Source of the DNA: a virus
Taxonomy: Duplodnaviria > Caudoviricetes
DNA: 57,147 bases
Strand: one strand, 5' to 3'
IMG/VR virus record: IMGVR_UViG_3300031766_002224
Location: 1 to 57,147 of that record
The notes under the pieces are model-generated. The model searched no databases. It worked only from the letters and a program-made list of their open reading frames with translations, and was not told where the DNA came from. The position numbers were made by a program, and so were the translations under genes. This document shows, piece by piece, positions 17,774-30,400 of this stretch (within the stretch, counting starts at the first letter, position 1; every line of letters starts with the position of its first letter).

Positions 17774-20533
17774 CTAATAACTTCCACCACTATTGTTACC
17801 TCGCGATTGTTGCGCTCTGGTGGGGTCAACTCTTAGATTTGCTTCGACCTCACTGTTGGCCCGGGTGGCATTAGCAGCCTGCCTATCTCTAGTGTCTGCA
17901 GTGTAACACCCTTGAGATAATTGTGCATTTTGTTGACTTTCGATTATTTCGTATTCTGGAATTACTTCTTCATATCTCATAACCAACTGTCTCCAGGTCG
18001 TCATAACTTGTATCTTTTTGCCAGTAACGGTCGAAACCACTTCTATCAAGAATTTCTTATCCCAAATCCTATTATCATCATCGACGCCTAAAGTCAAGCC
18101 GGCGACTCCCTTCGTGGTCTCCAGGAGTTCTCGCGTGTCTCCTAGGTTTTCTGAATACGCATCAGAACTCTGAAAGTTAATTGCTCTTTGATTTGCTGAT
18201 GGTGCAACAGATACCACTTGGTTGAAAGATAAAAAGTTTTCTTGAGTTTCCTCTGCAAAATTGTACTCTTCTATTTCATGACGGACTCCATCTCCGAAAC
18301 TGTTAAGTCGATACCTGTATACCTTTGATGGGTTTGAGATTCCTGCAAAGTCGCGCGCGCGGAAGGTTATGTAATAATCTTTATTGGGCATCACCGATTT
18401 TTTGAACGATGGACTTGCGATGGTCGTCTCGTCTTTTCTACCTAAAGAAAAATCCTGATAGCTCAGAGGCGGTGTATCCAAGACGAGAAGTTGATAGTGC
18501 GTCGGATCAGAATCTGACTTATATCTTATTTCTGTATTTTGGTGTATTCCAACGTTTTGAGATAATTTCATCTTTTCAATTATTTCCAAATCTTCCTCAA
18601 GAATTGCAATAGGCCTTTGCAGTTCTTGGCCTAGACGAGGAACAAACCAGAACCACACCATATCAGTGGTCAGTGTCTCGACTGGCAAAAACCATACGTC
18701 CGGGGGCATCGGTGGAGCGTCAACAATTAACAACTCTTGCTGGAAATAAGGCGCTTCAATAAATGAAACGTTGTCTGTTTGGTGCACATCAAATTGAAAA
18801 GTAAACCCCCCACCTTGATCATGCGAGAACTTCGGATACCCGTTGGCATCAAGGTCTCTCTTGTATTGATAGTCGGAGCCTAATACCATATTAACAGTAT
18901 ATAAACTGTACTCATATCTCTTCCCAAAAAGAACTTGAGTATCAACATAATCAATTCTATTTGTGTCCGGGTCGTTCGAGAAGTAGAAGTTCTGTACTAC
19001 TTCTCCAGTTTGGGCATTTCTCTTCTCCAATCGATAAGCAACAACCTCAGAATAAGATAACTCACTATTCATTATTTTTTTGAAAGTCCTCTTCTTGTCG
19101 GCTATGTACCCTGTGAACCACCTATTAAACATCATGTTAAGTACTTGTTGTGGTGAGGAATAATAAGGGACGAAAAAGCCGTCGACGTCGGCGGAGGCCT
19201 GTTCGCTTAGAAAATTATCTTGTGCTTGGTAGGACATCGGAAAGGTAGCTGGGTCCAGAACCAATTTTAAATCGTCATATAGTTCACTACCGTTTGGGTC
19301 CGTATATCTTTCTAGTTTTTGCAAAAAATCTTCATAAGTATTTGGGCGATAATTCAAAGAAACCCCATCGTTGTTGGAGACTCCGACAAATCCTTGTATT
19401 GTCTCATCCATTATCTGTGTATATATCGATTCATCTGATGGTGACTCGACATCTAGCATCCCCAAGAATAAAGGGTCTATGTTCAGCTCTTTCATCTTAC
19501 TCGCGATTGGGCTTGTGTGATTTGTATCAAAAGATATTCTAGTGTAAAAATCGTAGTTTCTCTTGAACACTCTACGAAAGGATGAAAACTCTGAGTCGTT
19601 CCTTTCCGCAACAGTTGTTGCGGTCTCTGTAATGCTGTTAATCATTCCAATCTTGTTTGCTGGATACTTGTGTGTTGTGACCCCGGTACCTGGAACAATG
19701 CAGTATTCTGGTCTTTCTTCGTATTCCATTGAAAACTTCTCGTACAGACTCTTTTTAGAAACTTCCGACACTGAGTTGTTACTTTCTGTATCGTATAAAC
19801 CCTCCTGAGCTTCTTGGGATATGTAATCTGATATAAAAACCTGCATTTTCGTCAAGTCTGGTAATCTCATGTTTAAACCATCGGCCTCGCGATAGAAAAA
19901 AGACGCCGGGGCCGAAAAAGCAGTATCCGTGAATATTATCGGCGAAGATGCTTCTGGTATTGCTAGCTTGATAAATCCTTGAATTTGTTCATCGTTACGT
20001 TGACCGAATCTTTCAGCTATAGCGTCAATAGTAAACATGCATCGAACTCGATTTTTCGAGAGGGTCACATCCCCGTGGCGCTCGACAATTGGTTGCGTAG
20101 GGTCTACGATTATTTTAAAGTCCAGGCCCGATTGCGGGTCGGGCACCAGAGAATCACTGAAAACATAATTGTTTCTTTTTTTCTCCCCGAATACCTTTCC
20201 TGCGACATATCGAAAGGAATCGTATGCGCGTCCACCTCGGCCAGCTGGGTTGTTTAATGTCAGGTTGGGATACCCCTCCTGCCCCGGGGACCGGAATTTG
20301 CCCTGCTCCCAACTAAACACCATTTCGAGATCTGCATAGAATAAATTTCTTGGAACCATGGTAACGCTTCGAGAGAGGGGCACACCAGTTTCCGGGAAAT
20401 CTCTTTCCACAATCGGGAAAAGTGGTGGATCGAACTTAAGCTCTGGAAGTTCCGGGGGGACTGGTGCACCTGAGGGCCCGTCGGTGTTTGGCAATTCCAA
20501 ATCATGGCATGGATTTTCTGTGTTATCTGACAC
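17774..20533 (-). CDS. Large putative virion protein with FN3-like beta-sandwich segments
   Basis: 919 aa; YVDTQVLFGKRYEYSLY and PNKDYYITFRARDFAGISNPS are FN3-like patterns; lies in the tail module. Confidence 0.55.
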   Translation of the reverse strand: MSDNTENPCHDLELPNTDGPSGAPVPPELPELKFDPPLFPIVERDFPETGVPLSRSVTMVPRNLFYADLEMVFSWEQGKFRSPGQEGYPNLTLNNPAGRGGRAYDSFRYVAGKVFGEKKRNNYVFSDSLVPDPQSGLDFKIIVDPTQPIVERHGDVTLSKNRVRCMFTIDAIAERFGQRNDEQIQGFIKLAIPEASSPIIFTDTAFSAPASFFYREADGLNMRLPDLTKMQVFISDYISQEAQEGLYDTESNNSVSEVSKKSLYEKFSMEYEERPEYCIVPGTGVTTHKYPANKIGMINSITETATTVAERNDSEFSSFRRVFKRNYDFYTRISFDTNHTSPIASKMKELNIDPLFLGMLDVESPSDESIYTQIMDETIQGFVGVSNNDGVSLNYRPNTYEDFLQKLERYTDPNGSELYDDLKLVLDPATFPMSYQAQDNFLSEQASADVDGFFVPYYSSPQQVLNMMFNRWFTGYIADKKRTFKKIMNSELSYSEVVAYRLEKRNAQTGEVVQNFYFSNDPDTNRIDYVDTQVLFGKRYEYSLYTVNMVLGSDYQYKRDLDANGYPKFSHDQGGGFTFQFDVHQTDNVSFIEAPYFQQELLIVDAPPMPPDVWFLPVETLTTDMVWFWFVPRLGQELQRPIAILEEDLEIIEKMKLSQNVGIHQNTEIRYKSDSDPTHYQLLVLDTPPLSYQDFSLGRKDETTIASPSFKKSVMPNKDYYITFRARDFAGISNPSKVYRYRLNSFGDGVRHEIEEYNFAEETQENFLSFNQVVSVAPSANQRAINFQSSDAYSENLGDTRELLETTKGVAGLTLGVDDDNRIWDKKFLIEVVSTVTGKKIQVMTTWRQLVMRYEEVIPEYEIIESQQNAQLSQGCYTADTRDRQAANATRANSEVEANLRVDPTRAQQSRGNNSGGSY

Positions 20534-20536
20534 TTT

Positions 20537-23500
20537 TTAGACCTCCAAAAACATCACGTTGTTTACTGGTGTGGCTCCAGGTTCTCTATCGTTTGGTGCA
20601 CAAGCGACACATATAAGTCTTTTCTGGCCCCGGAGCGTATTCGGCGCGGGAGGAGCCTCAATCTTAAAGTCATTCAATTTGACCGTTTCTTGTCCCGGTA
20701 AAACTACTTGCAACATGGCCGATTGAGTTTCATACGGGTTCAATTCCACTGTAGAGCCGCGGCTTTGGGGCGCGCCAAACCCCTCAAACGCATCAGAGTA
20801 ACTAGTGTTGTGTGAGTTTATTGAGTAAAGTGTGTCTTTCATCATCATTGATACGTGCACTGTTTCGTAAAACGAATCGAGGAGGCTTCTCATCTTGACC
20901 AAATCTTCATATCTTCTTTCTACTTCTTCTAGAAAGTGGTCCTTGTCTTTCGCCATATAAACAGAATCACAGATTTGCTTTTTTATATTCTCGCTCAAGT
21001 CAGCATCAGTTAACTCTAATATCCTCTCAAGAAACTCGTAGTCTCCAGTGTTGGCAACAATGCCGCCCTTGGTGAGGCCCACTGATATGCCTCCATGGTA
21101 TCTTTGGATAGCAGGAGGGTAATACGAAGGAGGCTTGTCGACCTCGCCCACAGAGCCCTCTGCTTGGCTTTTAAACAAATACTTTAGCTTTAGGTTTACG
21201 TTCGACTTCGCTATAGTTGGTAGAAAGTCATAACTGGTGCGGGTCGACACCTCTTTTACTGTTGCTTTCGATGAACTAGACGAGCTTTTCGACTTTTTGT
21301 CTTTTTCCTTACGCGTGGTGGATGATTTGTTTTTACCTATTGTTGGCGTCTCTGAATCGTCCGATGAGGTGTTGCTCGGCTGTATGGTTATAAATCTGTC
21401 CGGCTTCAGAAAGAGACCTTGTGAAACTCTCGTCTTCACCATTTTTGAGAAAGCAGTTATGTTAACCGAATCCACTATTTTTGTCTTGGGGCCATAATCT
21501 GCCATCAAAGTCTCTCCAGAGAAAGCCTCGACGAAGACACCAAGGGGACTGCTTACTTCTATTGATTTCTTAAGTCCACCAGTGAAGGATTGTACTTCTG
21601 ATTTTTCTGTGTTCTTAGCTTTAATATTTCCGATGTCAACACCGGTTGCTAGAACATGTTTTATAGAGTTTGTCAACTCTGTCATGACATTCGAAAACTC
21701 TGCCAAATCCTCTAATCGACCCGAGTTTAAATTTAGCCTTTGCTTCAGTGTTCCCATATCAGTGTTCACAACCAAGACTGGATAACCCGTGAGGAATCTT
21801 TTTATTTTTCCATAGTGCGCGATGGCTTGGTCGATCGCAGCTTGGTTGCGAGGGTCTACCTTAAATGCGCCGAGGAACTCCTTGCTACTGTAGTCGTAGT
21901 TTCCTGTCACTTCTCTCGTTTCTGGATACACCTTCACCGGAATCTGGGCTTCAAAAAGAAATCTATTATACTCTTCTAACACTTTTTTTGATTTTGCGTG
22001 CAGAGAGCTTACCATATCGTAGATTCCATCATTCAACATAAGGTCTATAACGTACGTGTATTTGCCGTAACTAAAATTATGAAAAAGGTCTCGGTCGCGA
22101 ACGATAAACTGTCTTGAATATTTTGGCCCGGGAGAAGCAGTTGATGCACCTGATTGGTCCGGCCGCGTTGCGGCCGTCATTAGTTCTACTTCCTCAATGG
22201 TACCTTTCTTGGATTTCCCGTAAAAAAGTCTGTGTTTTATCTTTTTATAGTAATTTGTTGACTCCTCTATGTTCTCTTCATCTGAAGACGATACAATGTA
22301 TACATCTTGGCTGTTCTTTTCAAATTTGGTATACTTTTTACTTTGTCTTTCATTTATCTCGTAGGGCCGATTGACTACTCTTCTTCTAGATATTTTCATG
22401 TTTTTTATGTTGCTCTTGTATATGCACTCTGATACGATATCTTCGTTTCCTAGTCTATAATGAAAGTCAACTATATACCCGAGGCGAGCGCGATGGCGAA
22501 CTAAATCTAGAAAATTGATGCCAGCAACACAGCCGTGATGACTTTGTTCAAGTTTACTGCCGTCGCCAGTATCTGGGTCAACTACTAAGTTTATGAACGT
22601 GGCGTCATTCGCTCCGTAATCTACTATGTTAGGTCTTTTCAAACAGTGTTGCTTTGTGTGCGCCATCATGGTTTGCATTAGGTTTTCGGTGGTCTTTATC
22701 AAGTTATTATGACGGATTTTCTGTCTTAAGTCAGACGAAGGCAAAAGGGAAATATCGCTAACTTGAGTCATCGATTGGTCGTTCTCGTAGGTGTCACTAG
22801 TCGAGGTCAAGGCTAGTGCGAGGTCTGACGATGTTTTATAATTTCTAGTTCTTCTTACTTCTAGTTTTGGGCCCATTACTCCATTGGGGTGGCCAGACAT
22901 CCATCCTATGTATCCACCAGGGCCCGGGTTCTCTTCCCCGTGGTAGTGCGCTGGGCCAAAATAAGGCTGCAAAAAAGACCCGCCTGGCACAGATGAATTG
23001 GATGCTCGGGAGGCTGGGTCTCGAATATAGAATGTTTCCACGAATTCCGGAACGGCTAGCATGGAGGTTTCGGGTACCCTTTCAAGCAATAGATCATATG
23101 TAATGTCCGCGGAACCTATTGAACTATCTGTTTCGGCACTTGGGGTAATCTCTGTGTGTGCAAAGCAAACTAGATGTAATTTGTCGGTTTGAAGGTTCTC
23201 ATATTCTCTACCCACCTCGTAACTTACCTCTACTGATGCCCTTATTTCGTTTTGGTAATCATTTGATAAATCTGTCTGTGTGTATTCTAGTGTTCTGCTA
23301 TTATCGAACACATCTCCTAAGCTCATGCGGGCGCGGCCGTGTTGAGTTGTCTCCCCTCTCATGATTGATTTGACTGCAGCCTCTCTAGAGCTGGGATTCT
23401 TCAGGTTTGGCAAAAGATTAGCGCTTGAGTCATCTAAAATCGCAAAATAATAATACAAAGATTCTTGTATCGGCCCGAAGGAATCACGAGATTGTTGACT

Positions 23501-23605
23501 GTCCGGCAGATTCAGACAGAAGTCAACTTTAATCTTCTTATCCTGCGTCGATACATGTATCTTTTTTGTTGTTATTATAGGAAATATATCCTGTCCGTAT
23601 GACAT
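20537..23605 (-). CDS. Large hypothetical protein, probably structural
   Basis: 1022-aa ORF coupled to neighbours in the tail module; Ser/Lys low-complexity linker. Confidence 0.6.
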   Translation of the reverse strand: MSYGQDIFPIITTKKIHVSTQDKKIKVDFCLNLPDSQQSRDSFGPIQESLYYYFAILDDSSANLLPNLKNPSSREAAVKSIMRGETTQHGRARMSLGDVFDNSRTLEYTQTDLSNDYQNEIRASVEVSYEVGREYENLQTDKLHLVCFAHTEITPSAETDSSIGSADITYDLLLERVPETSMLAVPEFVETFYIRDPASRASNSSVPGGSFLQPYFGPAHYHGEENPGPGGYIGWMSGHPNGVMGPKLEVRRTRNYKTSSDLALALTSTSDTYENDQSMTQVSDISLLPSSDLRQKIRHNNLIKTTENLMQTMMAHTKQHCLKRPNIVDYGANDATFINLVVDPDTGDGSKLEQSHHGCVAGINFLDLVRHRARLGYIVDFHYRLGNEDIVSECIYKSNIKNMKISRRRVVNRPYEINERQSKKYTKFEKNSQDVYIVSSSDEENIEESTNYYKKIKHRLFYGKSKKGTIEEVELMTAATRPDQSGASTASPGPKYSRQFIVRDRDLFHNFSYGKYTYVIDLMLNDGIYDMVSSLHAKSKKVLEEYNRFLFEAQIPVKVYPETREVTGNYDYSSKEFLGAFKVDPRNQAAIDQAIAHYGKIKRFLTGYPVLVVNTDMGTLKQRLNLNSGRLEDLAEFSNVMTELTNSIKHVLATGVDIGNIKAKNTEKSEVQSFTGGLKKSIEVSSPLGVFVEAFSGETLMADYGPKTKIVDSVNITAFSKMVKTRVSQGLFLKPDRFITIQPSNTSSDDSETPTIGKNKSSTTRKEKDKKSKSSSSSSKATVKEVSTRTSYDFLPTIAKSNVNLKLKYLFKSQAEGSVGEVDKPPSYYPPAIQRYHGGISVGLTKGGIVANTGDYEFLERILELTDADLSENIKKQICDSVYMAKDKDHFLEEVERRYEDLVKMRSLLDSFYETVHVSMMMKDTLYSINSHNTSYSDAFEGFGAPQSRGSTVELNPYETQSAMLQVVLPGQETVKLNDFKIEAPPAPNTLRGQKRLICVACAPNDREPGATPVNNVMFLEV

Positions 23606-24450
23606 TAAGTTTCTCCTCTCTTATAATAATTACGTGACTGTGGATCTTTATGCTCAACTTCTTCAACATCTTCGTCTGTCTTTATCGCAAAATACTTACC
23701 AACTTTCTCTGGTGTGTCTAGTTTTATTAACAAATCTTCACCTGCTGACTCTATTACTTCATAAATATTTAGATGGAAGTTGTCTAGGCCAGTGAAGCAG
23801 TTAAGTTCTTGAATATCTAGTATCAAGTCGTCGTGTTCTACAATTAACTTTGAGTTGTCAGAGAATGTAACCTCTCTCGATGTTATGTCGGCGAAAGTCT
23901 CTCCATTGAGATTTCTTCTTGCCGCGGCGGGAAGGATACTAGATCTATCCTCCTTAACCACATACTCAGGTTCCATCTCTAAAATAGGATACTTTTTTTG
24001 TATGCCAGAGCCAGTTAACGATGAAAAAGAGACATTTTTTATACCTGCGCCTATGTTCAGTATGTTAAACCTAGGTGTTTGTTGTTTCGCGACGTCCTGA
24101 TTTGACATAGGATACAGCAATATTCTCTCTTGTATGTGCGGAAACACTGAATCTTTGATATTCTCAAATCTTTCTCTTTCTCGCGCGGCTATCGCGGCTT
24201 CTTCATAAGAGTACCTTTCACGAACTGGCATTGTCAAGTGCAAAGTTTTTAATCTAGGTGTTTCTTTCAAAATCCTTTTCTCTGTATCGTTCTGGTGCTC
24301 TGAAAAACCTGCGCATGATGCGTCATACAATATATCATCGTCAAAAAACTGATAATATACAGGCTTGAAACTGCCGCGCGCTAGCAGATTTTTGCCAAAT
24401 TGTGTTAGCTTCACTTCAATTACTTCTTGTTTTTGGTCAAAAAATGCCAT
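23605..24450 (-). CDS. Putative baseplate/tail protein with tail-collar-like N-terminal motif
   Basis: MAFFD...VKLTQFGKNLLARGSFKPVYYQFFDDDILY parallels the N-terminus of 16629..17654. Confidence 0.6.
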   Translation of the reverse strand: MAFFDQKQEVIEVKLTQFGKNLLARGSFKPVYYQFFDDDILYDASCAGFSEHQNDTEKRILKETPRLKTLHLTMPVRERYSYEEAAIAARERERFENIKDSVFPHIQERILLYPMSNQDVAKQQTPRFNILNIGAGIKNVSFSSLTGSGIQKKYPILEMEPEYVVKEDRSSILPAAARRNLNGETFADITSREVTFSDNSKLIVEHDDLILDIQELNCFTGLDNFHLNIYEVIESAGEDLLIKLDTPEKVGKYFAIKTDEDVEEVEHKDPQSRNYYKRGET

Positions 24451-24454
24451 AATA

Positions 24455-27400
24455 TTATTCCTTTATATAAGATGCGTGTACTTTATCATTCGAGTCTAGA
24501 TTGTAACTGAATACAATCGTGTTCCCTGACATGACATAATCGTCCGAAGAACCTGGAGCTTGGAGTACTCCGTTCACGTAGATTGTTTCCGAATTCGTCC
24601 TGATAGTAGCGCCTTCAGGTACACTTACAGGAAATCTATTAGGACTAGATGGTAGCGAATCTGTATCTGACTTTATTTCTTGTCTGGATACTATACTATC
24701 TAGTGCTGTTGAGAGTGCCGTGGCAGCGGTGGCGCCTGTATCTGCAATCGTAATCTCCTGTGTCGTGTCAACGGAAGTGCCCGGGCTTGACGCGGCAACC
24801 CCCCCTGGCTGGCCAGTGGCATGCGACAAAAAGTCAACCTTACTTTCTAGCTTTACCATCTCTATCATCGAAAAATAATCATATGGCCAGTTGTAAGAAT
24901 AATCCGAGAATATCTTCTTATCCGTATCGCTTGTCTGTATGTGGGTCACCATCTTGTCCTCATATTTCCTGACCCCTGAGTATTCCACAACGTTCTCCTC
25001 TATCTCTGATATCGAATCGTTTACAACATTAGAGTAATGAGACTCCGCTCTGTACTTAATCTTAAACACTAACCACCTAACATCTTTTTCCAGGAAATCT
25101 TCAGGTGAATCAAATACTGAATGTTTGCCTTTCAAGAACGGTGCAGAGCCTGGTGCTAGAAGGTGTGTAACATATTCCACATCGGTAGTTACGTCGTCTC
25201 TTGTCGGCTTGGAGTGTTGAGTTACTGATATCCCTTTTCCGCTACGTGGGTATACATTTTGCCAAATATCAGAAAGGTCGTCTGCTGACAGTTCCGCCTT
25301 GAACTGGAATATGTACGCCACGTGAGGATCTACACTCTTGTTTCTAACAAAGTCAAACTGTGGTGGCAAGATATACTTGTCCATCATTCTCAACTGGTAG
25401 GACGCGCAGTCAGCAGTCTCCATGCCAACTGATTCGTGAAACTTTTCATATTGTTCTTTTATGTTTTCAATTTCGCGGGCGCCGGTGGCTCCGCGAAGTG
25501 CTTGGACATACTCTTCTCTTTCTCTTTTGTTTATTTGTTGGGCGAAATCATAAAGACCTTCTTTCATCGGGAAGAACTTCATATCGCAATCGTCTGTTAA
25601 ATAATAAGGTATCGCGATGACGGCCTCACTTATAATCTTCGTCTCAGCTACTCGGCCTAATTTAACGGCTTTGAACGGCTGAGATTCCGCGGTACCATAC
25701 GTCATACTCGGACTCTGGACAGTATCCAAAAATCCCACTTCGGCAGCGAGGTTGCCAAAGGAATTCTTCGGGTCCTCTCGTGCTCCAACGACGGTTAAGA
25801 AATAACCCTTGTGAGGCGCCTCGGTTCTCAAATTTCCGTCCTGGTGCCACATACCGGTCGAAGCTGTTAAGTACGGAGTGGAAGATTGATTCGTCATTTC
25901 ATAATATGATGTCTGGAATCTATTTTTCCATGGTGAATTTGACACTTTCGACTCTTGGTTGTTAGACAGATTCAAGGCCGATGATTTTGTGTCGCCGAAA
26001 TCCAACACCGGCGTCTCCCACTTTGGGCGAATCACCCACCGATGAAGACTTGAGCCGTCGTGCACGGGCACTCGCTGGGAGTCTCCGCCAGGTGGAAGTA
26101 CAAAATTGTCAGTATATAAAAGCACGGTTTTGTCAAACTCAACGCTAGCGGACAACACCATCGCCTCTTTGTAATTACTGTTTGCGGTTGGGTTACTTGG
26201 AGATGGCATATTATAATAAGTTACGCTCATGTCATCAATTATCTCAGGTATCGTGTACTCCTTGGTTGTGGTCGGAGTAAATGTTATTTCCGCATATGGA
26301 GCAGTATTGGGGTCCAAATATGGAGCAACGTAAGGCAGATATCCGTGCGAATCAGCAGTTGTTGTCGTCGTTGTCGTTAAAAATTCTTCGTCGACAGCTT
26401 CAATGCCGCCGTCAAAAGGCACTGCTATAAGCCTAGTTCCACATTCTCCACCCGTACAGGTCGCGAGAATATATGGATAATCTGGGGTTCCGGCTGAGGA
26501 ATTGACCAAGTCCAAAGATTCAGTACCGCTATTATATGATCCGCTTATTGCTCCGTTGTGGCCAGTCGCCCCCGTAATGGCTTGCAACAGTTCAGCTGCG
26601 ACCGCGGTGCGCGTGAACATGTCTTTGACCTGCACATACACCCCCTTGGCGTCGACAGCCCAAGATGGAGAAGAGAGAGTAAAAGCGGCGCCGGTTTGTT
26701 TTGACGCGTTATCCGTAGTATCGAAATGATAGATGTGGCCGGCTTTTGACATTGATGAGTCCTCAAAGAAAATAAGCATATCGTCGAGGAGTTCATTGTT
26801 ACCCAAGTAACTAAAATCATCAAATCGATCATCAGATAGGTTTATACTTCCCGATGCGGGTGTGCCGTTGGTCAAAACGTGGGACGTCATGGTTACGTCA
26901 CCTTCATCTACTGGAGGGCCGAAGGCAGAGTGACGATCGTACATCATAGTATCGCGGTTGTGAACATAGACTCTCATTTTATACACAGTGCTCGCTTCAA
27001 GTCTCGGCTTGGCTGGTGCAGATATAATGCTTTGAAGCCTTTCCCCCTCTAAGAAGAACTTTACTGTCTCTGACGTGAAGTTGTTCGCGGCGGACCGGTA
27101 TGCTCGGAGAGAGTCTCGCTGAGTTGAAAAATTTTGTGTAAAACTAGTTGCATTGTTTTCTGATGTGTTTGTGGACTCCAAACTTCCAAACTTGGGTGCA
27201 TGGTCAACTACCCTTAGGAATTGTCGGTCTCCATACAATAAGGATGCACTTGGGTGAGGCTCGTTCTCGTATATCGTTTGACCGAAAAGCCTTTCGGGCT
27301 GGAGTAAATCGTCGAAGTCTATCCTTCTTTCTGCAGACCCGGTCAATCGTGGGATTCCTGTGTCTACAGTGTCATTAATTAGAGAGCCCGTATAGCATGT

Positions 27401-30400
27401 AGTTTCTCCAAAGGAAAAGTCGGTAAAGCTTGTAACAGGGGTTGAAACTGAATTTCCTGTACCTCCGAAGCCGGCGTAGGTAACCCTATTTATAAAACCA
27501 GTTCCGGTACCGCTTAAGAACTCCGTCGTTGGACCAAACCTTGTTTGTTGTAGTGTTAATATTTTAGTTTTTTCACTATAAGAACTTGTTATCTCTCCAT
27601 TGTGACCGTTTTCACTACCGATCGCATGTTGCAATTGTGAGACGATATCAATTAAAGCTAAACGGTCGTCGACGTCAACCAAGATAGTGGGGCTAGCGCC
27701 GCCGGCAATGAGGGCGCCGGATGAACCTGTATTATCGTTTTGAAACGAGTATATTTTTCCAGCTGTCTTTCCAGAATTCGTATAAACGACTAAATTGCTA
27801 TTATCAAAGGTCTCGTCATCAGTGATTGATGTTCCATAATAACTAAAATTCACGCTTCCCGTGTACTTTCCCGAATCTTTCATGTGCTTTTTGTATTGGT
27901 CCACACTTGACGAGAATATTGGATAATCTACTGCAAGTCCCGTTTTTATCGAATTAAATAAAACACCCGGTGCAAAGAGTGGTTTTGAAACTTGAGATTT
28001 GGCGTTCTCTATTTTTAGACGTATCGAGTCTTCGGACTGCTGCTGAGTGAGAGCTGAGTTTTGTATATAGTCCAACTCGTAAGAGCCAGTGGGCATATAA
28101 CCTCTGTCAAAAACCTCTGTCAATTGCACGGCGCGCTCGGCAGGGTAAAATCCTCTGTATGGCAGTAGTCTTTTTACCGCGGAGCATCTCATAGTGATTC
28201 TTCCAGATGAGATATCAAAATCGTTATTGTCCAGGTTATCCCGGAAGGGTTGAAAATATTTCATGAAATCAGAATTGGAATACGTCTTGAAAAACTGCTT
28301 TCCGATTGAAATCTCTCCAGATGAGCTATGATACACAGCGCCTGTTAACTGTAAAAAGTCATCCCCTATGATTGGAGGGTCGTGTCGTGAGAAATTTCCA
28401 GATGCATATATGTCTTCAATATATTGACTGATTCTAAACTCTGGCAAGAGGGAATATTCCTGGCCCACTAGCCTTGCTTCCTCTGCAAAATCATCATATT
28501 TGTTATAGAAAGGGCCCAAGGGCGCGCTGGATGTTATGTCCCATTTCGACTCCCCGGATAAATAAACATCATTTCCGGACTCTTGTGGTATTCTTCTGTT
28601 ATAAACAGGTGCGAACGGGGGTGCTCCGCGTAAAGTATTAATACCTAAGGGGAAAATACTGTAGTCGTTTTGTAAAATACCTTCACCCTTCGTGCCCTGC
28701 TCTCTAGTTGACATAAAAGAGAAGCCGTCTACGAAATAAGAAGAGGTTATGTTTGTTGGTTTGCTCGTGAACGAGCTTCTTGAGTCAAGTACCCACTTAC
28801 TAGATGTGACAAAACGTGAAGATTCTACGGATGCAGCTGTCCCTGTTGTGTTGAGGTCTATATGCTCATACGAATCGTAATAACTGTTCATGAATTCACG
28901 TTCAGAAGATACAGTAGTGGGCTTTAAAAAATACTTTCTCTGAGCATCTGTGAATACAAAATTTCCATAATTCATGTTTCCTGTGAGAATCAGATTTCTT
29001 TCTGATGATTTTGACTTCCAACCAAAAAAGTCGAATAACTCTCTGGTTCTTGCGTGCTTTGTGAATGTATTTATTTCTCTCGGATACACTGTTTCAATAT
29101 AATTGATTTCTAAGTATGTCGCGTTTGGGTTTCGATCGTTTTCCCTAATAAAATCGTTTATGATTTGAAGGTTTCCACACTCAAGAAACGGTTTCTCTTT
29201 AAATCTAATATCATCTGCCATTTCTTGATTTGCAAAACCAGTTACAATGTTTTGGGCCGGAGCCCTCATAGAAAGACTCGGCAACAATATCGTGTTCATT
29301 TTACCTTGCAGTTTTATTATGAATTCATGCGCAAATTCATCGTTAAACCACATAGCTGCGAGGCTTCTTTGTGACAAATGTCTAGGCAAAGGGCCGTCGG
29401 ATAGGAACTCTATGCCGCCTTCCGTATTGTAAGTGTGCATACTTACCGTTATAGGGTTGAACTTGCAGGTTGCCATGATTTCTTTGTAGTTCTTTACTAT
29501 TCGAGGTTTCGTTTTTGTGTTATTGTCTACTACCGTTCTCGAATAATCAAACTCCACACCTGGATACACTGACGGGAATGGAGAGTCTCCTCTAAACACA
29601 GCAGACATGGTGTTTTCTTTTCTATGGTGCATGATGATTGGGTGGTTCCCACCCCTTATTTGCTTCCAAGTTGGCCAACCATAAGGCCCTTGACGGTTAT
29701 TTATTAGCGCGTTCAAGATATATGTGCCCTTGGCCCTCTTTCCATGGGCAGAGCCAATTGGAGTGTAAGACGGGTTGTAATAAAAAGGGTAGAAATCTCC
29801 TTGAAGCTTAGGATATCCTAGATGATTTGAAGAAGAAGTGACTGGTTCAAAAATTAAATAATTTGTTCCTACAAAGTCTACACCATGCCAACCGGGTAGG
29901 GTGCTGGCTGGCGCGCCGCTAATGGTATCCTTTGGGGGCATGATACCAGCTACGTTAAAAGTATTGCTAGTGCCCAGGTCGCTGGCACTTAAAAAGCTTA
30001 TTGTTTGGCTAGATTTTACACTTCCAGATATATCAAAGTTATGCTGAAATTCTATATTTCCGTTTTTATTTAGGAACTCATATACGCTTTCATTTGCGGA
30101 TGCCGTAATCCACGAATATCCAAAATCATGATGAGGTATTTGGTGTTGTACAAAGTAGTTATCCGAAGATACAGTGGTGTGAATTGAACCTGTAAACCTT
30201 CTCAAATTTCTATTTGTTTTGTGTATTGACAACTGGGCTGACGACCCTGATCTAAACCCAAATTTCTCAGCTCGTTCGGTGGACAGAATATTATATACAT
30301 TACGAACAAGGGAATTTCGATAATTTATAGTGTCATATATAGAATATTCTTCGGCCTCCCTATCCATACCAAATGGTGCACTTGATTCAGGAGAACCTGG

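Noticed and set aside
17617-17829. 70-aa minus-strand ORF spanning the intergenic gap
   Set aside because: Overlaps both neighbours out of frame, has no RBS, and crosses the candidate promoter.
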